From Candidatus Helarchaeota archaeon (GTDB lineage Archaea > Asgardarchaeota > Lokiarchaeia > Helarchaeales > RDOG01): DNA of 43,381 bases. The notes below the pieces were generated by a model. The model was not told the DNA's origin. It did no database searches and saw only the letters and a list, made by a program, of their open reading frames with translations. The DNA is taken from positions 1-43,381 of the forward strand of contig JALGVI010000016.1 of NCBI GenBank assembly GCA_029838215.1, given 5' to 3'. Positions within the stretch are counted from its first letter, which is position 1. The number at the start of each line of letters is the position of its first letter. Position numbers and translations under genes: made by a program. This document shows, one piece after another, positions 18,168 through 28,025 of this stretch.

Positions 18168-19675
18168 GATTTAGACTCCTGTTTTTTCTTTTCAATTTTC
18201 GTGAAGATTATAAAAAGAACGCCAAGAATGAGTCCTGTCAAGATTGAATAAATGATGGAATTTATTTGAATGATCGTCCAGTTAGAAACGGAAAGCGTGG
18301 GATTTATACCGACAAATTGAATGAAAAAAAACACCGTGTTCAACAATGAAACGATGAAAAATGCCATTAACAACGTGTAAAACTCGCGACCCATTTTTTT
18401 TTCGAGTAATTGGTGAAAATTGCCTTCTTTCTGTAGCCACTCATCTCTAATTTCCCGCATGGCAATCAGGTAAATAAAAAGGATCATTGATATTTGAGCC
18501 AATAAGGTAAATCGAGGATTTAACAGGACCAACATGGGAAATATCAAGTTTACTAATGCGAAAACTACAACAACTACGAGACACGCGATGTATAACACGT
18601 ATTTCTTATTCGAACGAAATGTCTTAAACGACATGCGAGGCATGAAGAAAACTGCACTAAACAAGCAAACCATGATCAAAAAACCGAAAACAAAGGCATT
18701 ACAAATAAAGTTACTGATAAAAAAACAATCAGGGATAAACGTGCTGAATAAAACAAATAGAAAAAACGGACCTGTAAAAATACCAAAAAGAATGCTTGTT
18801 TTAATCAAAAAATGAAGATCTTTTTTAAGCAAACCTTGAAAAACAGCATATAAAACACCTGTTAATAAAAAATATGGAAACAACCATGTGATAGAGGCAA
18901 TGGACTGGAAGAGAAAATCAAAAGTAAATTCAGTTCCCGGGATTTGAAATACCGCCATTATCGAACCACTAATGAGAATGAGTAAAAGGAAAAAAACGAT
19001 CAGGTTTAGCCAAGTTCTAAAGGTTTTCTTGTGATGGTGCCGAAAAGTCTTCTTATACATGAAACGCGTTAAGACCAATCCAACCACGATGACGATGATT
19101 AATTCGATAAGAAAGGGCAATATAACATTAAAATAAGGATAGTACGGGATTCCATAGGAGTAACTATAAAATAATTGATAAAACATTTGAAAAATAAACG
19201 ATAGCAAGGTTGTCATGAATATAAGAGTGAACCAAAACTGAACTAAAAAATCATGATCATAAGTTCGTAGCGGTTTCTGACATTTTGGGCAGGTAGAAAT
19301 GACATCAGATCGCTTGAGATTTTTAAATGAAATGTAATGATAAAAAATACTATACGAAAAAAAAGAAATTGCCGATAAAATCGCAAATAATGAAGTGGCT
19401 AAGAAAACATTAACAGACGATAATCCCGACGGGTCAAATGGCATTCTCAGTATTGAAATGGCAAAATAGAAAAGCAAGAAAGAAATGATGTTCCAAAGAA
19501 AAAAATTTTGTATGTTTTCCATCCGAGATAAATTCGAACATTGAGGGCAGAAATACACTTTACAATCCTTGCAATAGATCCAATTCTTAAAATTTCGCCA
19601 CGTAGTTGCGTGTGGGCGACCACATTTTTCACATTTAAAATCCAATTTATCGTCCATTTTTCTCAAAACATCCAC
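18164..19675 (-). CDS. Multi-pass membrane protein with an N-terminal Cys-rich zinc finger
   Basis: Contains CEKC..H..CKDC.x4.CPQC, then two TM helices, CPKC, and about ten further TM helices. Overlaps the archaeosortase start by 4 nt (ATGA). Confidence 0.7.
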   Translation of the reverse strand: MDVLRKMDDKLDFKCEKCGRPHATTWRNFKNWIYCKDCKVYFCPQCSNLSRMENIQNFFLWNIISFLLFYFAISILRMPFDPSGLSSVNVFLATSLFAILSAISFFSYSIFYHYISFKNLKRSDVISTCPKCQKPLRTYDHDFLVQFWFTLIFMTTLLSFIFQMFYQLFYSYSYGIPYYPYFNVILPFLIELIIVIVVGLVLTRFMYKKTFRHHHKKTFRTWLNLIVFFLLLILISGSIMAVFQIPGTEFTFDFLFQSIASITWLFPYFLLTGVLYAVFQGLLKKDLHFLIKTSILFGIFTGPFFLFVLFSTFIPDCFFISNFICNAFVFGFLIMVCLFSAVFFMPRMSFKTFRSNKKYVLYIACLVVVVVFALVNLIFPMLVLLNPRFTLLAQISMILFIYLIAMREIRDEWLQKEGNFHQLLEKKMGREFYTLLMAFFIVSLLNTVFFFIQFVGINPTLSVSNWTIIQINSIIYSILTGLILGVLFIIFTKIEKKKQESKS

Positions 19676-19796
19676 AACTTATCGTTTTAAAATAAAAAAT
19701 GGAACTTTTTAATTTTTATGGTACTTACTCGGTTTTTTGTCGGAAACGGGATGGGCTTTTTCAAATTTTTCACCATGTCTTCAGTTTCTTTAAATA

Positions 19797-22025
19797 ATGA
19801 CATGTAAAGATCAACTCAAACGTGTTATTGAGGTTTTTAGAATGACGGTTGCGGAACGAGGACTTTTGAACATCTCAGGAATTGGAGAAAGAATTGCAGA
19901 CAAACTCGTGGAACATTTTGGTGGAGAACAATCAGCTATCGATGCAATAATGAACTCTACAATAACAGAAATAGCATCTATCCGTGGAATCGGCATGAAA
20001 AAAGCCATGCGAATCGTTTCAACTTTCCACGAGTCCAGAATGGGAGTAAAAAAAGAGGATGTATTAAAAACAGCCGATATTTCAAGAATCCACTCAGAAA
20101 TCCTCGCAATATTGAAAAATTATGCGCAAACCGATTACACGAGGGACAAATTTTCGATACTTTATCCGTTACCAAGCCGTTTTCAAGAAAAAATTCAAGA
20201 ACGAGTGGATTATTTTTCCGAAGCACGTCCTGTCGTCGAACGTGTTGGAGAATTAGGGAAAAAAATCAAGGTTCATCTTTCCAAGATTAAACCTCTTAGA
20301 AACACCGTGAAGAAGATCAGGCGCAAAAAGGCAATCCTAACCGACAATGAACAACTTTATAACAATATTCTTGAAGATGAAGACATATCACGATATTGTG
20401 ACATCCAATACATTGAGAAAAGTTCCCACGAAGCCATGGAAATTCTCCAAGAAAGTTCGAAAAGTCATGATCTCGTCTTCACCATTTTCGAGAGCTTTTC
20501 ATTTAATCATGACCTAATAAACGTAATTCCGCTTTTGGAATTTCAATTCCACAAAATTCTACCGGAATTTGGCATCGACGTGTTCATCAGTAATTCGAAA
20601 ATGATCAAGCATGCTTATATTTTGGTAAAAATCATCCACACGTTAAACGAATCAAGCACGATGAAGAAATTCAAGCAAGATCTGGACCTTGAAGTGCTTG
20701 AAGAAATAATCGATTTCCTTGAGAATGTCATGGAAGATGGTGAATTATCAAAGGATTTTAATGAAGAGATTTTTGAATTACGAAAATGCATTGACAATTT
20801 TGAAAGGATCATGAGTGATCTGGAATTATGGATGAATGAAACGATCACGAAAAAGATTGAAGAGCTTGAAATCAAACTTGATGGGAACCAGATTTTAAGC
20901 ATTTTGAAGGCTAAAGGAGAAAGCATGGATGGTTCGTTTGATATTGCTAGTTTCTTGCCATCAGATATTGCCGACATCATGTATTCCACGATCCAACAGG
21001 CGCAAGAGTTATTATTTAAGAAATTACATTTTAAAGAAGATGAAGAAATTTCCATAAATTCCTACTTTTTAGATGACGGCTTTTCCTTGCCAATCGAGTT
21101 CAACCATGAAAAACTGAACGAACTAAAAAATCACTTGAATAAAAAATATTTCGTGAAAGAGCACTTCATCCTATGCAGTTACCACGAAAAAATCAGCCAA
21201 TATGAAAAGGATCTCCGAAAAATCATTAAAACCTTGCTTGATTTTGATGAGTTTTTTGCAGTGGGGAATTTTGCCAAGGATTATGACCTAAAACCTCCAA
21301 AATTATTCCAGATTGGACACGGAATCGCAATAAAAGATGGCATAAATCTTTTATTGAAAAAGGAAGAGTTACGAGATCCGACTTTTCAAGCAGTCCCGAT
21401 AAACTATGGGATTGGACGGACTGAACTATTTGCTGAAAAAACAAAAAATGAGCGGATCGTAGTCCTTTCTGGAGCAAACTCAGGAGGAAAGACGTGTCTC
21501 TTACAGACAATAGCACACGTTGTCTTACTTGCACAAATGGGATTCCCAGTTCCTGCCAGTGTTTCAGAAATAGGCTTGGTAGACGAGATCTACTTTTTCT
21601 CTAAATCCACGGGAATGGTATCTGCGGGAGCATTTGAAACATCTCTCGAGACATTTGCTCAGATAATTTCAAGCAAGCATCCGAAACTCGTTCTTTTCGA
21701 TGAATTGGAAGCAATGACAGAACCCGGTGCTGCCACGAAAATAATATCCTGCCTGCTTGAAATCTTTCACGAATCAACAAACATCACGTGTTGCTTGGTC
21801 TCTCATTTAGCAGAACAAATCATGAAAAATATCGGCATCACGGTGCGAATTGATGGAATTGAAGCTCGCGGACTCAAAGACGGAAAGCTCATCGTTGATA
21901 GAAATCCGCGGTACTATTACTTGGCGAAAAGCATGCCAATTCTGATCGTGGAAAAGTTATGTACAACAAGGGATATTACAAAAAAAGATTTTTTTATGAA
22001 AATTCGGAATTCTCTAACGAGATAA
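19797..22025 (+). CDS. Archaeal MutS-like ATPase (MutS2/MutS5 type) with N-terminal helix-hairpin-helix
   Basis: HhH motifs ISGIGERIA and IRGIGMKKA, Walker A SGANSGGKT, signature AGAFE, Walker B LFDELE, and VSH. Confidence 0.88.
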   Translation: MTCKDQLKRVIEVFRMTVAERGLLNISGIGERIADKLVEHFGGEQSAIDAIMNSTITEIASIRGIGMKKAMRIVSTFHESRMGVKKEDVLKTADISRIHSEILAILKNYAQTDYTRDKFSILYPLPSRFQEKIQERVDYFSEARPVVERVGELGKKIKVHLSKIKPLRNTVKKIRRKKAILTDNEQLYNNILEDEDISRYCDIQYIEKSSHEAMEILQESSKSHDLVFTIFESFSFNHDLINVIPLLEFQFHKILPEFGIDVFISNSKMIKHAYILVKIIHTLNESSTMKKFKQDLDLEVLEEIIDFLENVMEDGELSKDFNEEIFELRKCIDNFERIMSDLELWMNETITKKIEELEIKLDGNQILSILKAKGESMDGSFDIASFLPSDIADIMYSTIQQAQELLFKKLHFKEDEEISINSYFLDDGFSLPIEFNHEKLNELKNHLNKKYFVKEHFILCSYHEKISQYEKDLRKIIKTLLDFDEFFAVGNFAKDYDLKPPKLFQIGHGIAIKDGINLLLKKEELRDPTFQAVPINYGIGRTELFAEKTKNERIVVLSGANSGGKTCLLQTIAHVVLLAQMGFPVPASVSEIGLVDEIYFFSKSTGMVSAGAFETSLETFAQIISSKHPKLVLFDELEAMTEPGAATKIISCLLEIFHESTNITCCLVSHLAEQIMKNIGITVRIDGIEARGLKDGKLIVDRNPRYYYLAKSMPILIVEKLCTTRDITKKDFFMKIRNSLTR

Positions 22026-22034
22026 AAAAGGAAG

Positions 22035-23120
22035 TTAAAGGGCATCCAGTAGGGCTTTCCAATCAACATATTCAGCGATCTTCGATTTTACCAATTCGAT
22101 TTTCTTTTTATTTTCAGCAGACATATATCCAGCGATTTTATGTATCATTTGACTCGTCGTATTCGTGTCGTATGGAACTTGAATTATGGGTATGTTTCGT
22201 TCTCGAGCTCTGACTAGCACCTTTATTGGAGGATAAAGTCCACCTGTACAAACTACAAGAGATGTGGTATCTAGTTCCAATGCGGATAGGATCAAGTCGG
22301 GGCGATCTCCTCCAGTGATGATGCAGTTATTGACGGTTCTTTGAAAGAATCGAATTGCATTTTCGGGATTCATTGCGCCAACAAGCGTGGTTTCAACAAT
22401 CCGACCCAATGCTTCTGCATTATTTCCTTCGAGAATTTGACCACCTACAATTCGATGAATTTCTTGCACGGTAGGGGCAATTAACTTGATGTCAAGAGGG
22501 ATTACCCCAAAACACTCTAAATTCATCTTGTTTTTCAAGGCGGGCTTCAAGTCATTCTTGACCTGATCCATGTTGTGTCGCTTCACGTTATTGAAAATAA
22601 CGCCAATGAGATTTGCCTTGTGTAACTTGAAGAGTTCATTCTGAAGATAAATGTCATCAAGAACAGAATAATCCTCACCACCGGAGATGATGATCACCTT
22701 GGTGTCAAGATGTTTAGCAACGATTGGGTTTGAAAGACCAATCGAGGCGAGATGTTCATTCCGTCTCTGCCCTTCGATTAACATTATATCGTGTTTTGCA
22801 GACAATTTATCTAACGCCTTTTTAATGGTATCAAAGACTTCTTTTTGATCTTCTTCCATCATGCATTTTACAGCATATTGTCGATCAAGTTGGACTGGAC
22901 ACATATCAGTTGGTTCATCGTCCAGCTGGAATATTTCCTTTAACATCACGGCATCATGATCGGGCTTGTCTTCTTCCCCTGGGTCTTTTCGCCCAATTGG
23001 CTTGAAGTAACCGACATCATGTCCGTTTTCTTTTAATACAAGTCCTAACCCAATACAGGTTGCAGTTTTTCCTGCAAACCTGCCTCGTGAAGTTATCATT
23101 AATTTTTTCAATTCATTCAC
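22035..23120 (-). CDS. Phosphotransacetylase N-terminal-like (BioD-like + DRTGG) protein
   Basis: Contains AGKTATCIGL, GYFKPIG, MLIEG, LVGAM and IITGGDRPDL. Abuts the acyl-CoA synthetase gene. Confidence 0.9.
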   Translation of the reverse strand: MNELKKLMITSRGRFAGKTATCIGLGLVLKENGHDVGYFKPIGRKDPGEEDKPDHDAVMLKEIFQLDDEPTDMCPVQLDRQYAVKCMMEEDQKEVFDTIKKALDKLSAKHDIMLIEGQRRNEHLASIGLSNPIVAKHLDTKVIIISGGEDYSVLDDIYLQNELFKLHKANLIGVIFNNVKRHNMDQVKNDLKPALKNKMNLECFGVIPLDIKLIAPTVQEIHRIVGGQILEGNNAEALGRIVETTLVGAMNPENAIRFFQRTVNNCIITGGDRPDLILSALELDTTSLVVCTGGLYPPIKVLVRARERNIPIIQVPYDTNTTSQMIHKIAGYMSAENKKKIELVKSKIAEYVDWKALLDAL

Positions 23121-25319
23121 CTATCTTAAAGTTATTTTTACATCTAAAGCGAGAGATCCAGTTCCTTGTTGAAAAACAAAAATAGGATTAATATCAATTT
23201 CATTAATTTGTTCAAAATCAGTTACGAGCTTGCCTATCCGGCAGATCACGTCTATGAGCGAATCGATGTCAGATGGAGCCTGACCTCGCACGCCTTGTAA
23301 TAGACTATAGACTTTCGTTTCAGAAATCATGGCAAGTGCCTCTTTTCGCGTGATCCCCTTGTGGTTAATGCGGAATGATACATCTTGGAGAAAATTTACG
23401 AAGATTCCGCCAAAACCAGTCATAATCATTGGTCCAAACGTGGGATCACGGTTCATTCCAATGATGAGTTCTTTTGCGTCAGGTAATTTCGACATTTGCT
23501 GTATTTCAACACCGTAGATAACAGCCCTTGGCATTGCTCTAACAGCTCGATCCACGATTTCTCGGTAATGTCGCCTGACTTCAGCATCAGACTTCACGCC
23601 AACAACAACACCACCGATATCGGACTTATGAAGGATTTGGGGTGATGAGATTTTCATGACGATGGGATATCCGATTTCATTTGCAAACGTTACGGCTTCC
23701 CGTGGATTTGTTGATAACTTCGTCTTAGGAACTGGAATGCCATATGCTTCAACGACAGAAATAGCTTCGGGCTCAAGCAAAACTTTTCTTCCATCTTTTT
23801 CCACGGTTTCAAAGATTTCTTGAACCTGCCTCTTATTTATATTAGGAAACACAGGAGGACCATCGCATGTCTCAATGCTCATTTGATAATCAGAATGTAG
23901 AACAAGTCCTTTCAAGGCTTTTACCGCTTGTTCAGGAAAAGCATAACAGGGTATGTTGGCATCTTTTAACATTATCGTGGCTTCGACAACGCTATGCCCT
24001 CCAATGAAAGCACCCACGACGGGTTTGTCAGGGAAGGCTTTTGCATGTTGAATAACGGCTTGGGCAGTTTTTCGAAACTCGGTTGTTGCTGTTGGTGCCA
24101 TTATGACAATGGCCATGTGAACGTTTTCATCTTCCAGACAAGTCCCTAAAGCAAAGTCATAACGATCAGCTTTCGCATCACCTATAACATCAATAGGGTT
24201 AAAGACAGCAGCTTCTGCAGGAAGATTTTCGCGTAACTTTTTGATCGTTTCGGGCATGAAGTTCGCAATTTTTAACCCTTCGCGTTCAACCGCATCAGTA
24301 CAAACGATGCCGGGGCCTCCTGCATTCGTAATAATTGCTACACTTTTTCCCTTTGGAGTCGGTTGCATCGATAATGAAACAGCATAATCAAAGAGATCTT
24401 GGATGGATTCTGCTCGAATCACGCCCGTTTGTTGGAAGGCTTTCGTATATGCGATATCTGCACCTGCCAGAGCACCAGTATGGGAAGATGCAGCTTTTGC
24501 ACCTGCAGCAGATGTACCTGATTTTAATATGATTATGGGCTTTGATGAGCAGGTTGTAACGTCCATAAAGCGTTCGCCTTCAACAATATTTTCCAAGTAG
24601 CACAGAATCACTTCTGTATCGGGATCATCAATGAGCGCTTCAATAAAATCAGTTTCATTCAAGTCCGATTTATTCCCTAAACTAACGAACTTACTGAATC
24701 CTATCCCTTCATTCAAGGACCAATCAAGAATTGAGGTTAGCATTGCACCAGATTGGCTCAAAAAAGCAATTTTTCCAGGTATCGGTGCTCTTGGGGCGAA
24801 TGAAGCATTAAAAATTTGACCGTTACCCATATAACTTGACATTCCCACGACATTCGGTCCAAGCATCCGCATGTTATACTTTTTGCAGATTTCCACGAGT
24901 TTATCTTCCAACTCTGCTCCTTCGTGTCCGACTTCCTTGAAGCCAGCCGTGATCACGATGAGTCCTTTGACTTTTTTCTGCCCACATTCTTCCGCAACAC
25001 CAAGCACGTGCTTCGCCGGAACTACTACAACGCAGACATCAATAGGATCTTCGATTTCAGTCAAGGAACAATAGCATTTAAGCCCGAAAATCTTCTCTTC
25101 CCTAAGATTTATGGGAAAAATTTTTCCTTTAAAACCATCATCGATGATGTTTCGCATTACCGAATAACCGACCTTTCCCTTCTTGTTTGATGCACCCACG
25201 ACTGCAACAGATCTAGGATTGAAAAAGTAATCCAAATTCACATCGTTTTTTTCAGGCGATATATGAAACACCCTCTTGGTTAAATGATATGTTCTTTTTG
25301 CACTTAATAGATTATTCAA
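23121..25319 (-). CDS. acdAB: ADP-forming acetate/acyl-CoA ligase, fused alpha+beta subunits
   Basis: Contains FFNPRSVAVVGAS, LGPNVVG, SQSGA, SLGNKSD, ASSHTGALAG (phospho-His), TNAGGPG, MKISSPQILHKSDIGGV and DINP. The real start is probably the GTG at 25241. Confidence 0.93.
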   Translation of the reverse strand: MNNLLSAKRTYHLTKRVFHISPEKNDVNLDYFFNPRSVAVVGASNKKGKVGYSVMRNIIDDGFKGKIFPINLREEKIFGLKCYCSLTEIEDPIDVCVVVVPAKHVLGVAEECGQKKVKGLIVITAGFKEVGHEGAELEDKLVEICKKYNMRMLGPNVVGMSSYMGNGQIFNASFAPRAPIPGKIAFLSQSGAMLTSILDWSLNEGIGFSKFVSLGNKSDLNETDFIEALIDDPDTEVILCYLENIVEGERFMDVTTCSSKPIIILKSGTSAAGAKAASSHTGALAGADIAYTKAFQQTGVIRAESIQDLFDYAVSLSMQPTPKGKSVAIITNAGGPGIVCTDAVEREGLKIANFMPETIKKLRENLPAEAAVFNPIDVIGDAKADRYDFALGTCLEDENVHMAIVIMAPTATTEFRKTAQAVIQHAKAFPDKPVVGAFIGGHSVVEATIMLKDANIPCYAFPEQAVKALKGLVLHSDYQMSIETCDGPPVFPNINKRQVQEIFETVEKDGRKVLLEPEAISVVEAYGIPVPKTKLSTNPREAVTFANEIGYPIVMKISSPQILHKSDIGGVVVGVKSDAEVRRHYREIVDRAVRAMPRAVIYGVEIQQMSKLPDAKELIIGMNRDPTFGPMIMTGFGGIFVNFLQDVSFRINHKGITRKEALAMISETKVYSLLQGVRGQAPSDIDSLIDVICRIGKLVTDFEQINEIDINPIFVFQQGTGSLALDVKITLR

Positions 25320-25463
25320 AAATTTCCATATAGCTCTGTTAATATTCTATTCTAAATCCCTCGAGCTATTTAATGATTTTTGTAGGAAAAAATACAATTA
25401 TCGGCATTTTAGAAACAGTCTGAAAAAAAGGTCTGACTTCAAAGAATTTTTTTAAAAAATGGT

Positions 25464-25682
25464 TCACTCTTCGGGTTTTGATTTTAAATCGAACCATCTT
25501 TTAACGTTTTCGGAATAATTTTCGAGATCAAAAATTCGTTTCTGGATTTTGCTTAAATATCTCGTCTCCCAACATTCCTGACACTTCTTGCAATAATAAC
25601 AAGCCGTGTTGGAAGGTTCATATTCTCCGAAACAACTGAAATCGCTCGGTGGATAAATTTTTGAATAGATATGGTACATCAA
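25464..25682 (-). CDS. Small Cys-rich protein, putative metal-binding
   Basis: 72 aa with CFGEY...C-x2-C-x2-C-x2-C. It fills an otherwise empty gap and is co-directional with its neighbours. Confidence 0.55.
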   Translation of the reverse strand: MMYHIYSKIYPPSDFSCFGEYEPSNTACYYCKKCQECWETRYLSKIQKRIFDLENYSENVKRWFDLKSKPEE

Positions 25683-25749
25683 TAATAATTTGTAAATTAA
25701 AAATAAAAATTTTGCAGCCGCTTTTCATTCAGCACGATTCGCCGAATTT

Positions 25750-27084
25750 CTACTTTTTTTCTTCTTGATCCCGATCTTGTTGTTCTTTTTTCTTGAATTG
25801 CTGAATTTCATCCCAAATATTTGAGGAGTAACTGAAATGTTGTGCAAAAAAGTTTTCAATGCTAAATGTTTCACCTTCTTTTACAGCAGGCATCCCAACG
25901 ACTTGCGAGTTCGGTTCTACATCCGTTACTGCTGCGGAATATGGCAAGATTTCGGCATTTTCTCCGACTTTAATTCCCGGAAGGACTCCTGCGCCAACTT
26001 CAATTAATGCATTTTTTCCAATTTCGACATTTCCCAACCGGACGGGAGAATCCTTAAGACCCTCATGAGTAATGATCACGGCGTGACGCTTTACGTGAGC
26101 GCCGTCTCCAATCTTGATCCGTTCGGGGTGCCATGGGTCTAAAGTAACGTTATCTTCGATTCTTGCACGTGGGTCGACCTTTACTCCAGCCAATCCCAAA
26201 AGGAAGTGGCGCATTGCTTGAGGCATTTTTTGTTTTTGGAGTTCGAGCAGGATGGAAGTGACTATATTGTAGGAGCCTTTTTTAAAGATGGGAATGTATT
26301 CACGAAATTCAGAAACGTGAGCAGGCAAATCTTCAAGCTCTCTTTCGCCTTCTATCATTTCCATCATTGATTCGGAGAAAGGATGGATCATGTTTTCAGG
26401 CAAGCCAAATGCCACGTGATTTGCGGGAATATTATGTGAATGAAATCCCGGACCAACGTAAGAGTTTTCATCTATTCTAATGCCGGGTAAGAGAACTGCT
26501 CCAGGGGCAATAAATACATTTTTACCGATACTCACCTTTCCCACTCGAAGATTTTCAATGGACCGTTCTCCTCCTGCAAATTCATGACATAATATGGCTG
26601 CACTCAGACTTATGATCGTTTTATCTCCAATTTCTATCAATCGCGTGAATAATGGATCTACAAAGTTACCCATCGTAAATAATACGCCTTCCCCGATTTT
26701 CGCCCCGAAATCTTTTAAGAGATTCGCCTTAAATGTGGGAGTGCCAAGTTCCAAAGCCCTTATTCTGAGTAAAAGCCGTGCAGGATAGATCAAACCTGTT
26801 GTCCATTTTCTATAATATTTTTTTTCTTTTTCCGTCGCCTCACGCGTTTTTCGTAATTTCGTGTCGGTCCCAGCATAGCTCTTCAGAGAGATCTTCTTGA
26901 GCTTGCGGATCAATTTCTTCTGGTATGATTCAATCCTATTGCGCGCCTTTTCCGTTTGTGCATCAAATTGAGAAATGAAATAATTCTGTAAAAAAGCACT
27001 GTTCTTTAAAATGGGAAAATATTTTATGAGATCTTCAAGTCCTTTAGGAATTTTCATTAGGAGGTCCCCACGTAGAGAAATCAA
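25750..27084 (-). CDS. Acyltransferase-like protein with two left-handed beta-helix (hexapeptide) domains
   Basis: Two parallel blocks: GAKIG...DP...IEIGD...ILCHE...KVSIGKNVFI...LPG and GVKV...DP...IKIGD...IITHE...NVEIGKNALI...LPG. Likely start is ATG 27057. Confidence 0.8.
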   Translation of the reverse strand: MISLRGDLLMKIPKGLEDLIKYFPILKNSAFLQNYFISQFDAQTEKARNRIESYQKKLIRKLKKISLKSYAGTDTKLRKTREATEKEKKYYRKWTTGLIYPARLLLRIRALELGTPTFKANLLKDFGAKIGEGVLFTMGNFVDPLFTRLIEIGDKTIISLSAAILCHEFAGGERSIENLRVGKVSIGKNVFIAPGAVLLPGIRIDENSYVGPGFHSHNIPANHVAFGLPENMIHPFSESMMEMIEGERELEDLPAHVSEFREYIPIFKKGSYNIVTSILLELQKQKMPQAMRHFLLGLAGVKVDPRARIEDNVTLDPWHPERIKIGDGAHVKRHAVIITHEGLKDSPVRLGNVEIGKNALIEVGAGVLPGIKVGENAEILPYSAAVTDVEPNSQVVGMPAVKEGETFSIENFFAQHFSYSSNIWDEIQQFKKKEQQDRDQEEKK

Positions 27085-27164
27085 GTGAACGTGAAATTTT
27101 TTAAGTTAATTTTCATCAACATTGCTTGATCATTTTCCGAATCTTATAAACTTGGTGTCGTCGT

Positions 27165-28016
27165 TTGAATCTAAAAAAAGAATTTGTCAGGCTTAAAAAA
27201 GGAATTAGTCTCGCATATTACGATATCGGTACCGGAATGCCGATCGTGTTTTGTCATGGTCTGGGTGGAAATGCAGATAATTGGACGCATCCGAAATCAG
27301 CCCAAGTGCAATTTTTTTCGAAAATATCCAGGGTTTTATCATTCGACTTGAAAGGATATGGAGATTCCGACAAGTCCGAGCAGTTTTCCTATGCGATAAG
27401 TGAATTCGCACGGGAACTTCACGAAGCGATCGATCAGATCGCTGGCGACGAAAGGATAATTCTCGTTGGTCACTCAATGGGAGGAATGGTAGCTCAAGAA
27501 TATGCCTTGCAATTCCCAGATAATTTGAGAGGATTGGTGCTGGTCGCCACGTATTCTCACCTAAAGGTCGATTCAAGTTATTATAAGTTTCAAGAATGGA
27601 TTCTCAAACAAACGGAAGAAAGGAGTCTTGAAGAACTGGAATCGTTCGTGTCCGAACAACTCGTGAAACAAGGAGTTTCGCTCATGTTTTACAGAAAATA
27701 CTTGAGAAGAAATCCAGACATGATCGAGTGGGCTGTCGGAGAACAAAAGAAAGTTCCCATTCATGTATTGGCAGCTTGCATGCACTCTATTTTTCAATTT
27801 AACGTGCACGAACATCTTGGGCAGATCACGGTCCCAACCTTAATTTTTGTTGGAAACCGAGATCAAACCATTCCGCCCAGTTATTCAAAGGACATGCATG
27901 AAAAGATTCCCGTTTCGGAATTGAAAATTTTTGAAAACTGTGGACACATGATACAATTCGAAAAAAGGGAAGAGTTCAACTTCGAATTGGAAAAATTTAT
28001 TGCTTCACTTTCATAG
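27165..28016 (+). CDS. Alpha/beta-fold hydrolase
   Basis: Oxyanion motif HGLGG, DLKGYGDS, nucleophile GHSMGG, GNRD, and GH. Confidence 0.93.
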   Translation: MNLKKEFVRLKKGISLAYYDIGTGMPIVFCHGLGGNADNWTHPKSAQVQFFSKISRVLSFDLKGYGDSDKSEQFSYAISEFARELHEAIDQIAGDERIILVGHSMGGMVAQEYALQFPDNLRGLVLVATYSHLKVDSSYYKFQEWILKQTEERSLEELESFVSEQLVKQGVSLMFYRKYLRRNPDMIEWAVGEQKKVPIHVLAACMHSIFQFNVHEHLGQITVPTLIFVGNRDQTIPPSYSKDMHEKIPVSELKIFENCGHMIQFEKREEFNFELEKFIASLS

Positions 28017-28025
28017 AATTATGGC

